64,000 nucleotides of DNA from the NCBI GenBank assembly GCA_963703225.1, contig OY969801.1, positions 672,001 to 736,000 of the forward strand, read 5' to 3'. This document shows positions 9,041 through 17,952 of this stretch, piece by piece. The number at the start of each line of letters is the position of its first letter. Position 1 is the first letter of the stretch. A program made the position numbers and the translations under genes. The notes beneath the pieces are model-generated. The model ran no database searches. It saw only the letters and a program-made list of their open reading frames with translations, and was not told where the DNA came from. This stretch comes from Candidatus Eiseniibacteriota bacterium. Its GTDB lineage: Bacteria; Eisenbacteria; RBG-16-71-46; SZUA-252.

Positions 9041-11008
9041 ATGGCCAAGCGATTCGACTCGGGGATTAGCAGCCGCGTCTCGACGGCCAGCGGAGTTTTC
9101 ACCGCGGTCACCACCCGAGCCCTCGCGCTGCAGGAAGTGGCGCTAGCCTTGGCCAGCAGCGATGACATCGACCGGATGGCCGCCGCCTTCCTTCCGCTCG
9201 CCTCCGGGGCCCTCGGAGCCCGCGAGGGGGCCCTCTTCCTCGTGCCCAGGGAAAACGAGTACCAGCTCTCGACGCTTCACGGCACGCCCGAAGACCTGAA
9301 GGAGATGCTCGAGGAGAGCTTGGTGGAGCAGGCCGCCGCGGGAGTGGCCGGAGGGTCGGAGGGCCCGGTCACCCGCGAGACGATTCTCAAGGACCCGTCC
9401 TACATCGAATGGTGCGGGGAGCAGGAGATCGAGGGAGAGAAGCGCCGCCCGTACTACGAGATCTACGCACCGCTCCGAGCGCAGGAAACCGTCGTGGGCG
9501 TCCTCGCCTTCACCCAACGCTACGACGGGCGCGATTTCGGCCCCGACGATGTCCTCTTTATCGAGCACATCGCCTCGAGCGCCTCCGTCGCGGTCAGCCG
9601 ATGCATGCTCGGCAGGGAGAACGAGAAGAAGATCGAGATGCTGCGGGCTCTGGCCCGGTTTACGGGCGAGATCACCTCGACGCTCGACCTGAACCGGGTG
9701 CTCCAAACGGTGGCCAACACGACCGAGGCCGTGATGGAGCGGGACCGCGCGATCGTGGCGCTCCTGGAGGGGGGCGCGCTCCGAATCCGGGCGGTCAGCG
9801 ACAAGGTCGCCGTGGAATCGAACGAAGCGGAGGTGCTCGGAATCGCCGAAGTCCTCGGCGTCGCCCTCCGCCGCCGCGGCAGGCTTCGGGTGACGGCGGC
9901 GACCGTGGCGGAGGAGGGCTCGGACGTTCCCGACCGGGAGGTATTCGCCCGCTATTTCGAGGCGGGCGAAATGCAGTCGATCCTGGCCTTGCCGCTTCAG
10001 GACGAGGAGGGGCTGCTGGGGTACCTGGTGCTCGAATCGCGAGACCCGGACGGCTTTGGGGACGCGAACGCGGAGGAGTTCCTCGGGATCGTAAGCGGAT
10101 CGGTCACCGTGGCCATCCGAAACGCCGACCTATACCGGCGCATGCCGATGGTGGGGTTTCTGGCTCCGCTCGCGTCCCACCAGCGCCGCTTGGCCGCGAT
10201 GGACCCTCGCCGGCGCGCCCTCCTCCTCGGGGGAATTGCGGCGGCGGCGCTTTTCTTGGGCTTCCTTCCGCTCCCCCGAAACGCCGCCGGGCCCGCCGTC
10301 ATCCGGCCGTCGGAGATCCTTCCCGTCACCGCGCTCGCTCCCGGGATCGTGGAACGAGTTTATGCCCTGGGCGGGGAGCGGCTTGTCGCAGGCTCCCCCG
10401 TCGCGAGCCTCCGAAATATGGAATCGGGTGCGCGGCTCTCCGCCGCGGAGGCTGACTTGGCGATCGCGGAGCGGCGCGCGGCCGAGGCGTCGCAGCGGCG
10501 GGATCCGGTCGAAGCTCGGCGCTGGTCCCTCGAAGCCCAAAACCTGGCCGGCTGGATGGAGTATGCACGCTCGGAGGAGCGCGACCAGAGATTGACGGCC
10601 CCGGTGACCGGATCGATCTTGACCCCCCGGCTCGAGGAGAAGGTCGGTGAGCGGCTCGAGCGCGGGGACGTCCTGTGTGAGGTCGCCCGGCTCGACCCGG
10701 TTCACGTGGAGGTGCAGATCTGGGAGGAGGACGTGGGTGACGTCAGGGTGGGGAAGGGCGCCAGGGTGAAGGTTCTTTCGTATCCGAACCGCCAATTCCG
10801 CGGAACGATCCTGTCCGTGGCGCCGGAGGGGATCTCCCTGCCCGGTAAGCCGGCCGCCTTTACGGTCACCGTGGAGTGCCCGAATCCCGATCTGGAGCTT
10901 TTGGCCGGAATGACGGGCCGAGCGAAGCTCGAAGCCGGCTCGAGCCCCATCCTCTGGAACATCCTTCGCCCTCTGGGGCGCGCGCTTCGTATGAAATTCT
11001 GGATTTGA
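9041..11008 (+). CDS. Tandem GAF domains + transmembrane helix + HlyD-like MFP
   Basis: ATG 2 nt after the previous stop. GAF signatures APLRAQETVVGVL...FGPDD and ALPLQDEEGLLGYL...AIRNADLY. TM segment LLLGGIAAAALFLGFL. MFP motifs LTAPVTG and EKVGERLERGDVLCEV. Confidence 0.85.
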   Translation: MAKRFDSGISSRVSTASGVFTAVTTRALALQEVALALASSDDIDRMAAAFLPLASGALGAREGALFLVPRENEYQLSTLHGTPEDLKEMLEESLVEQAAAGVAGGSEGPVTRETILKDPSYIEWCGEQEIEGEKRRPYYEIYAPLRAQETVVGVLAFTQRYDGRDFGPDDVLFIEHIASSASVAVSRCMLGRENEKKIEMLRALARFTGEITSTLDLNRVLQTVANTTEAVMERDRAIVALLEGGALRIRAVSDKVAVESNEAEVLGIAEVLGVALRRRGRLRVTAATVAEEGSDVPDREVFARYFEAGEMQSILALPLQDEEGLLGYLVLESRDPDGFGDANAEEFLGIVSGSVTVAIRNADLYRRMPMVGFLAPLASHQRRLAAMDPRRRALLLGGIAAAALFLGFLPLPRNAAGPAVIRPSEILPVTALAPGIVERVYALGGERLVAGSPVASLRNMESGARLSAAEADLAIAERRAAEASQRRDPVEARRWSLEAQNLAGWMEYARSEERDQRLTAPVTGSILTPRLEEKVGERLERGDVLCEVARLDPVHVEVQIWEEDVGDVRVGKGARVKVLSYPNRQFRGTILSVAPEGISLPGKPAAFTVTVECPNPDLELLAGMTGRAKLEAGSSPILWNILRPLGRALRMKFWI

Positions 11009-11121
11009 GTCGGCATGAATGCGGAAATTCCAATTCCCTCTTGGCCGACGAAACGCTGGGAGCCACACCCCGCGCGATTGCGGCGCAAGGGCTTCCACGA
11101 TCGGCGCGGATGATCACGCGA

Positions 11122-11138
11122 TCGGCACGCCGGTTGCC
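11122..11138 (+). promoter_or_regulatory. Sigma-54 (-24/-12) promoter for the small peptide gene
   Basis: tcGGCACGccggTTGCc has GG at 11124-25 and GC at 11136-37 with exact 10-nt spacing, matching the consensus TGGCACG-N4-TTGC except the T before GG. A sigma-54 activator gene is adjacent. Confidence 0.8.
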
Positions 11139-11201
11139 ATAGCAAGTTGCCGTGAGCCGGTTGTCATGGTGACACCGGCCGGAAGAAACAGGGAGGGTGT
11201 C

Positions 11202-11339
11202 ATGGCCGCGAAGAAGATCTCCGCAAAGTCGAAGAGCAAGACGTCCGCGAAGAAGGGTGCCCGCAAGGTTTCGCCGACCACGCCGCGTGGAATGGCTCGC
11301 CGGAACGTCTACAGCCCTCCGGGCGGTGTCTCGGAGTAA
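11202..11339 (+). CDS. 45-aa Lys/Ser/Thr-rich basic peptide (putative precursor/substrate of the upstream operon)
   Basis: ATG at 11202 after GGGAGGG. Translates to MAAKKISAKSKSKTSAKKGARKVSPTTPRGMARRNVYSPPGGVSE. Flanked by a sigma-54 promoter and a strong hairpin. Confidence 0.72.
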   Translation: MAAKKISAKSKSKTSAKKGARKVSPTTPRGMARRNVYSPPGGVSE

Positions 11340-11366
11340 GGCAGAGCTTCACCCAAGTCCCGAGAT

Positions 11367-11420
11367 CAACAAATCGGGGCGGAGCCGGAAGAGAGCCGGC
11401 CCGCCCCGATTCAATTGTTG
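11367..11420. terminator. Long GC-rich hairpin between convergent genes (probable terminator)
   Basis: AATCGGGGCGG-a-GCCGG...CCGGC-CCGCCCCGATT inverted repeat (11372-11411), extended by CAACA/TGTTG. Confidence 0.7.
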
Positions 11421-11450
11421 GGTTTGAACGGCTAGATTCGGCGCCGGAGC

Positions 11451-13367
11451 TCAGCCCGGCAGCTTCCAACGGCGCTCGACAAAGCTCTCGATGGCCCGGT
11501 CGAGATAACACTGGTAGGTGGTGGGGAGCTTGGGCATTCGCCGCTCGCAGAGCTTTCGGGCTTGGGCCAGGCCCCCGTCGGCGTGGGCTGCCGACGCGAC
11601 CACCTTGAGGATGGAACGGAGACGCCGCTCCACGACCCCCGTCAAGTAGGGACCGCCTGCGATCGACTTGGTGGCCCGCTCCAGGTCGAACTCCGCGTCG
11701 CAAAACTCCCGCAGACACTCACCCTGGAGGTAGTAGGTCAGGGTGGTCCGATCGGCCACCGGCGCGTCGAGCGTTCCTTCCTTTGCCTGGGCCACCTTCA
11801 GCGTCCTACCGGCAGCCGCGACGTTGAATCCGTGCCGCCGGAGGTGGGTCAGGACCCAGTTGCCCATGCTCCGATCGCCGCGCTTGGGAGGCTCGCCCGC
11901 GGGCGCGAGGGTCGCGGGGCGGCGGAGCATCCGATCCAGATCGGGGGCGACGCCTCCGCTCGAGCCGCCCACGGCGATCGCCGTGATGAGGTTCTGGAGC
12001 TCACGGATGTTCCCGGGGTAGTGGTGCTCTACGAGCCTCGCCTCCAGTGCCGCGTCGATCTTGAGCGCCGGGGTTCCCATTTCCTCGGCCGCCGACTGCG
12101 CGAACCGGCGGGCGAGGATCGGAATGTCACCTTTCCTTTCCCGAAGCGGCGGGACGTGAAGTGTGAGGACGCTGACCCGGTAATAGAGGTCCCGGCGGAA
12201 GCGGCCCTGCTCGACCTCGTCCCAGAGGTCCCTGTTCGTCGCCGCGACGACCCGGACGTCGACCTGGATCGCCTCTTCGCCGCCGACGCGCCGGAAACAT
12301 CCCTCTTGGAGGACGCGCAGGAGCCGGGTCTGGGCCGAAAGCGGGAGCTCACCCAACTCATCCAGAAAGACGGTCCCGCGGTGAGCCATCTCGAAGACGC
12401 CCCGGCGGTCCTTCACGGCCCCCGTAAAGGCTCCCCGCTCGTGGCCAAAGAGCTCGCTCTCAATCAGGTCCTTGGGTATCGATCCGCAATCGACGACCTC
12501 AAATGGCGCCTTGCTTCGCGGGGAGATCTCGTGGACCGCGCGGGCCAAGAGCTCCTTGCCGCACCCTGTCTCTCCCTGGATCAGCACGGGGCAGCGCGTG
12601 GGGGCGACGCTCGCGGCTTCCTCCAAGAGGCGAAGCATGGCTGGGCTTTCCCCGAGGATCCGATCGGTGACCGGGTATTTGGCCCGAAGCTCCCGGAGCC
12701 GCCGGGTCACCTGGGAGGGCGCGCGGGCGTCCACCTCGGGGACCGTCGGATAGCTTGGCTCCGCGGGGAGTTCTGTCAACTCGGCGCCCGACTCGATTGC
12801 CTGAGCGGCCATCCCGGCCGCGCGAACGAGGAGCTCGAGTGTCTCAACCGCATAGGGCTCGCCGCCGATCCGGGGGCCGACCACGGCGATGCCCACCAGG
12901 CTGGACCGGACGACCAAGGGGAGAACGAAGGCGGCCTCGAGGCTCTCCGCCCAGCGGTAGAGCGGTCCGCGGGGGAGGGGCTCATATCCGTTTACCGCCT
13001 CGGGCCGGACCGGGAGCACCGCCCCGCCGTTCGACCCCGCGAGGTACTCTTGTATCGAGCGCGACAGCGCGATCTGCTCACTCTTGCCCGGTGGCGTGAG
13101 CCCGAACGCGACGGCGAGCTCGAGCTTGCGGCTGGCCGGGCAGTAGACGTAGCCGACCGTGTGCGAGGCTCCGGTCAGACCCAGGGTTGAGTGGAGGAGC
13201 CGGCCCAGGATTTCGGATGGCCGGCTTGCCCCCAGCAGGGAGCGCGCGATTTCGAGCAGGGCACAGGCGTCGGAATAACTGCGGGCCAGATCGGGATCGG
13301 TGTCGACGTCGATGAGTGGGCTATCCGGGGCCCGCGTCCGCCGCCTCACGGGGGACTGGGACATCAC
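11451..13367 (-). CDS. Sigma-54-dependent transcriptional activator (GAF + AAA+ + atypical HTH/C-terminal domain)
   Basis: GETGCGKE Walker A, ESELFGHERGAFTGA, FLDELGEL, RVVAATNRDL, YPGNIREL. N-terminal GAF-like segment (LPLVVRSSLVGIAVVGPR). Confidence 0.93.
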   Translation of the reverse strand: MMSQSPVRRRTRAPDSPLIDVDTDPDLARSYSDACALLEIARSLLGASRPSEILGRLLHSTLGLTGASHTVGYVYCPASRKLELAVAFGLTPPGKSEQIALSRSIQEYLAGSNGGAVLPVRPEAVNGYEPLPRGPLYRWAESLEAAFVLPLVVRSSLVGIAVVGPRIGGEPYAVETLELLVRAAGMAAQAIESGAELTELPAEPSYPTVPEVDARAPSQVTRRLRELRAKYPVTDRILGESPAMLRLLEEAASVAPTRCPVLIQGETGCGKELLARAVHEISPRSKAPFEVVDCGSIPKDLIESELFGHERGAFTGAVKDRRGVFEMAHRGTVFLDELGELPLSAQTRLLRVLQEGCFRRVGGEEAIQVDVRVVAATNRDLWDEVEQGRFRRDLYYRVSVLTLHVPPLRERKGDIPILARRFAQSAAEEMGTPALKIDAALEARLVEHHYPGNIRELQNLITAIAVGGSSGGVAPDLDRMLRRPATLAPAGEPPKRGDRSMGNWVLTHLRRHGFNVAAAGRTLKVAQAKEGTLDAPVADRTTLTYYLQGECLREFCDAEFDLERATKSIAGGPYLTGVVERRLRSILKVVASAAHADGGLAQARKLCERRMPKLPTTYQCYLDRAIESFVERRWKLPG

Positions 13368-13427
13368 ATCCCTCCCGGTGAACTTCGCGGATCAGCCCGG
13401 CAAGGATAGCCGCGGGTGCGCCGCCCG

Positions 13428-14303
13428 TCAACGCCGGAACGAGAGTCCCATGAAGAATGTCGCACCGTCCGCCGCCTCCGATACGCCCAAGAGCACGCCA
13501 GCGTCGAGCTGCACGTTCGGGGTGGGACCGTACGTAAGGCCGGCGTCGAGCGTCCCGATCCACGTCCCCTCCCACCGGGGCCGAAAGCCCGCGGCAATCT
13601 CCACGAACCCTCGCAGGGGGCCATTCAGGCCCCGCCCGAGCGTCGCCGTTGTCAGCCACTCTCCATGTAGGCTGGAGCCGTCCTGGTCCCGAAACAGATC
13701 GGCCTCGACCATCACGCCCAGGCCGGTCTCCCCGGAAAGGGAGACCGCGAATGGCACGATCAGTCCGCCCTCCACCGCGTGGTCCGTGATCTCAGGGGAT
13801 CCCGTAGGGAGCTTGAGGAACGGCATGAGGGCCATCGCCGTCGCGCCTCCGTCGTTCCCCCACAGGTTCCACTTGAGGCGGACGGCCATATCGGTCGGGC
13901 CGGACGCCTTCTCGTCGAATTCGAGGGAATCGCCCGTGACTTCATGTCGGACGATCCCGACCCCTACCTGGAGATCCATGGATGGCAACAGCCCCAGCTT
14001 GGCGTTGACGCCCAGGATTCCCACGTCCGTCGACCGCCCGGCGTTGGATTCGTCGCGAGCGTAGCTCGCGGCTTCCAGCTCTACCTGTAGGTGGCCGGCG
14101 TCGACCGAGTAGGGGCTCTCGGTCAGGTCGGGGCGGTCGGTGCTCAGATCCCGCAGGAGGGACGAAGGGGTTGGATGAAAGAGGTGGTAGCCGTGTTTGT
14201 CGTCTTCCAGATCTGCTTCGGCTGCCACGCACCACGCGGGGGAAATTGCTACCAGGCCTGCGACCACGAGCGAAGCCGACAGGGGGCGGGGAGACGGGAT
14301 CAC
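13428..14303 (-). CDS. Putative outer-membrane 'transporter' (MetA-pathway/phenol-degradation-like beta-barrel family)
   Basis: Signal peptide, the characteristic LSTDRPDLTESPYSVDAGHLQVE motif, alternating beta-strand pattern and a Phe near the C-terminus. Confidence 0.7.
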   Translation of the reverse strand: MIPSPRPLSASLVVAGLVAISPAWCVAAEADLEDDKHGYHLFHPTPSSLLRDLSTDRPDLTESPYSVDAGHLQVELEAASYARDESNAGRSTDVGILGVNAKLGLLPSMDLQVGVGIVRHEVTGDSLEFDEKASGPTDMAVRLKWNLWGNDGGATAMALMPFLKLPTGSPEITDHAVEGGLIVPFAVSLSGETGLGVMVEADLFRDQDGSSLHGEWLTTATLGRGLNGPLRGFVEIAAGFRPRWEGTWIGTLDAGLTYGPTPNVQLDAGVLLGVSEAADGATFFMGLSFRR

Positions 14304-14361
14304 CGAGTTAGGCTATCCTAAATTCTTGCGCTGTCAAGAAGCGCGCGGCCCTCGCCGACGT

Positions 14362-15605
14362 CTAGAGCCGTCGGAGCCTGGGCGAGAGGGCTCCGAGGAC
14401 GCCCGTGAGGGCCCCCAGCGTTCCGCCGATCGCGAACAGCTCCGGTGCTCCGATCTTCTCGAGGATCAACCCGGCCAGCCCCGACGAGAGCGCGGTCACG
14501 CCGACCACGACGACGTTCTGGAGCGCGAAAACCCGGCCCACCAGCGCGGGCGGGACGATCCGCTGGAGAATTGTGGCTCGAGGAATGGTGATCAGCGGGA
14601 TCACCATCGAGTGAACGAGCGAAGTCACGAGGAGAAACGGGAGCGTGCGGCACCAGAGCAGGGGCACGTACGTGATGCCGTCGAGCGCGATCCCGACCAC
14701 CACGATCCAACCGCTGCGATATCGGCGGCCAAACCTGGCGACGGCGAAGCTTCCCGCGATCATCCCCACGCCGTAGATCGCCTCGACCAGCGCGTAGTCC
14801 GCCGCGCTCCCGCGCAGCGTGTCGCGGACGATCACGACGTTGCCGAGAATGGCCGGGCCCATGATGAACAGGTTGTCGAGCGCGGTCAGAATCAAGAGGA
14901 GCACCAGCGTTCCGTCCGACGCGATCGCGCGCAGGCCCCCGCGAAAGTCTTCCATCAGCGCTGGCGTCTCTCCCGGCGCGCGGTGGCCACGCCCCACGCC
15001 GCGCATTCCGAGGAGAAGGAGGAGCGATCCTCCGAAGAGGATCATGGCCGCCGGAAAGGTTGCGCCGGACCCCGGCCTGCTGAATGAGCACTCCGGCCGC
15101 GAGCGGCCCGAAGAGAAAGGCGGCCTGCTGCGAGGATTGGACCCACGCATTCGCCTTGGTGAGGCCCTCCACCGGCACGATCTCGGGGAGGATCGAATCG
15201 CGCGCGGGGTTGAAGAGCACGGCTGAGGTTGCCATGCCGAACGCGAGCGCGGTGAGCAGGGGCGGGGTCAGAATTCCACGCCAGAGCAGAGACCCCCGCG
15301 AGCGCCAGGAGGAGCGCGCGGCCCAGATCGGCACCCGCCATGACCAGCCGGCGGTTCCACCGGTCGACCAGAAGCCCGGCCACGACGCCGAAGAGGAGGG
15401 CCGGCAGGTAGGAGATCGTGGCCGCGACGCCGGTCGCCGCCTTCGAGCCGGTCAGGTCGAGAATCAGCCAGACGAACGCGATCTGAAAGATCGAGTCGCC
15501 AAACTGCGAGAGAAACTGCGCGGCCCAGAGAAACGCGAAGGGGGCGGGCACCCGAGGCGCCCGCCCCATCGCTTGCGAGAGGCCCGTATCGGGGCCCGTC
15601 GTCAC
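14362..15605 (-). CDS. MFS transporter (DHA3/macrolide efflux-like); two apparent frameshifts
   Basis: FLWAAQFLSQFGD...GLLVDRWNRRLVM (MFS motif A) in ORF 15042-15605. Continues with LFNPARDSILPEIVP in ORF 14318-15334 and ILQRIVPPALVGRVFA in ORF 14362-15150. Confidence 0.8.
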
Positions 15606-15618
15606 GCCCGCGTCCGGT

Positions 15619-16140
15619 TCAGACCTGCTGCGCCTGCTTGGGCTGGTACTCGGGCGCGTTGTTCTCGAAGTCCCACATCATCGGCGGCGCGACGCCCAGC
15701 ACGCGCAGGTACGTGTAGAGCTGGCCCCTGTGATGGATGTGCTCGTCGTAGACGATACTCACGCAAACCCAGCCGGGGAACGACATGCCCCAAGGAGACG
15801 CCACCATGGCGGTGATCTGCGCCTCGCTCAGCGACTGGATCGCCTTGTCGGACGCCTTCCAGCACTCGGTGGCAAAGCGGACGATGTCCTCGTGCGTCTT
15901 CAACTTGTCGACCGCCGCCTTGTCCGTCTCCTCCGTGAGCTTGATCTCGCCCCTCACGGCTCCCTCGGCAATTTCCCTCATCGAGTTGTACATGTGGCTG
16001 ATGAGCTCTTTCGGTGTACGCATCTCCGCGACCGGCCGGCTGTCGATCTTGTCCTTGGGAACCAGCGCGATCGCGCGCATCGTGATCCCGTGGATCGTCC
16101 GGAAGTGGTCCCATTTGGCCGTTACCGCCATCTTGTTCAT
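15619..16140 (-). CDS. DinB/DUF664 family protein
   Basis: RTPKELISHM and HIHHRGQLYTYLRVLG His motifs. Confidence 0.85.
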   Translation of the reverse strand: MNKMAVTAKWDHFRTIHGITMRAIALVPKDKIDSRPVAEMRTPKELISHMYNSMREIAEGAVRGEIKLTEETDKAAVDKLKTHEDIVRFATECWKASDKAIQSLSEAQITAMVASPWGMSFPGWVCVSIVYDEHIHHRGQLYTYLRVLGVAPPMMWDFENNAPEYQPKQAQQV

Positions 16141-16160
16141 GCTTTGCCCCCCTGCGACGA

Positions 16161-16889
16161 TCAGCCCTTGGGCTTCGCCGTCATGTCCTTGGAATTGATG
16201 TCAAACGTGATCATGAAGCCGTTGGTGCCTTTGAACTCGAATGCCTTGTCGCCGAGGCGATAGGTTTCGATCTCGTTCGGCATGAGGACGAAGCCCGAGT
16301 TCCGCGGCGCGCCGAAATACTTGAGGTTCTGGATGACCACCGGCTCGGCGGTCTGTCCCTGGAACTTGTTCAGAACCACCTCGCCGGCCTTGCCGTTGTC
16401 CAGGCGAGCCGTGGCCTTCTCCTTGGTGGCGGTCCACTCGATCGGCAAGTCGCTCGCCTGGGTGAACGACTTCCATTTCACGGGATAGACCTTTCCGATG
16501 ATGGCCTTGATCCCCTCGCGCTGCTCCGGCAGAACCGAAGGGTCGAACGTGATGATGGCCCAATCGAATTCGCCGTCCGAGAAATCGTCCCCGAGATCCA
16601 TCGCCAGCCAGAACTTGGCGCCGTCGAGCTTCACCCCGCCGTAGCTTCCCTTGTTGACCCGGTAGACGTTGTTCGCGCGGCAGAAGTGCTCGGCCCCGTG
16701 CTCCATGCCGGCCATGGCGTGGCCGGCGGGCTTGGAGTTGAAATAGCACTGGCAGAACATCGGGCAGGAACATGCCTCGATGATCGTCGCGTTCATGGAC
16801 CAATCCATCGTGGTCTTGTCGTCGGCCATGGCCGACCCCCAACAGGCGAACAGGAGGCCGAGTGCGATTGCGAACCAGCGTGACTTCAT
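16161..16889 (-). CDS. Secreted DUF1326-like Cys-containing protein
   Basis: Start MKSRWFAIALGLL (signal peptide) with GAAGGGGG upstream. EACSCPMFCQC motif and GSYGGVKLDG. Confidence 0.7.
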   Translation of the reverse strand: MKSRWFAIALGLLFACWGSAMADDKTTMDWSMNATIIEACSCPMFCQCYFNSKPAGHAMAGMEHGAEHFCRANNVYRVNKGSYGGVKLDGAKFWLAMDLGDDFSDGEFDWAIITFDPSVLPEQREGIKAIIGKVYPVKWKSFTQASDLPIEWTATKEKATARLDNGKAGEVVLNKFQGQTAEPVVIQNLKYFGAPRNSGFVLMPNEIETYRLGDKAFEFKGTNGFMITFDINSKDMTAKPKG

Positions 16890-17097
16890 CGATGTTCCCC
16901 CTTCAAAGTGAGCGGCCTGCAGCAGGGGCCCGGTGACCGGCGCCCAAAGCGCGGACTTGTCGTCAGGGGCCGATCCGCGGCCCCCTGGAACACCAGATCT
17001 TCTACCACGTTTTGCCATGCCGAGAAAGGGTCGCCGAGCGGTCCATCGAAGCAGTTGTGATACCTAGGGTTATGCGGTCCCGCTCGAAGCCTTCGAA

Positions 17098-17900
17098 CTA
17101 GGGGTCCATCAGCTTTCTCAGACCCGGGACGTCGATCTTCCGCGCGAGCGATTCCACGTCACTCATCGGTCCGTAGTACTCCACGACGATCGAGCGAACC
17201 ATGTCAGGATGGTCCGAGGGTAGCTGCCCGGGAGTGAACGACGGAAACCCACCCGATTTCTGGAAACGCTGGCGGACTTGATCCTCGAGGTTGGATCCCA
17301 CGATGTACACGCGGAGGAGCGTGATCGGCTCCTGGGGCGGCTTCTCCTCGGGCGCCAGATCGGTCCGGGTGGTGTCGATCCCGCCGATCGTCGATTGCTC
17401 GATCGCCAACGCGCCCGGGAGATCGAAGAGGTGCGGCTTGTCGCTCTTGGACGCGATTCCGGTCGAGAGACCGCGAACTCCGTTCAGCGCGACCAGAACC
17501 TCGAGGACGCGATATTCGCCCTCCTCCACGTTGGAGGGCGCCGCCTGAAAGTCGCGCTCCGACCATGCTTCGATCGGCGCCCAGCGCGGGGTGCCCTTGA
17601 CGATCCCCGTGAACTCCGAGATGCCCTCCGACGTGCCGTCTTCCGCGGGCTGATAGGGCATGGGCGGTCGGGGAGCGGCGAAGACGATCTTCCCGAGTCT
17701 CTTCTTCATCCGGTCCCTGGTTTCGGGCGCGGCCGCGGTCCAGCTCACCGTGGTGTCGGTCGGCATGCTCTGCGGGGGAGGCGCTGAGACCGTCGTCTCC
17801 GAGTCGGCTGGGGTCTCCTGCGCGACCGCCGGGAGCGCGTTCGAGCTCAGGAGAAGAAGAACATGGGGAGCAGAGTCAGGGCGCGTCGCGCGCTTCGCAT
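17098..17900 (-). CDS. Hypothetical secreted protein (probable frameshift in a C-run near 17865)
   Basis: ORF 17098-17766 has normal codon bias. Restoring one base upstream gives the signal peptide MRSARRALTLLPHVLLLLSSNALPAVA-QETP. Confidence 0.55.
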
Positions 17901-17952
17901 CGGGGAGTCTCCAAGGTCTCGGGCACGGGGGCGTACTCGAAGGAACTACCCT

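Noticed and set aside
11019..11201. Longer 106-aa version of the peptide ORF starting at 11019
   Set aside because: It would run through the sigma-54 promoter and has no clear RBS. ATG 11202 has a good Shine-Dalgarno sequence.
13428..14303. Outer-membrane protein as the missing exit channel of the MFP system
   Set aside because: It is not TolC-like and belongs to a widespread family. Adjacency is the only link.
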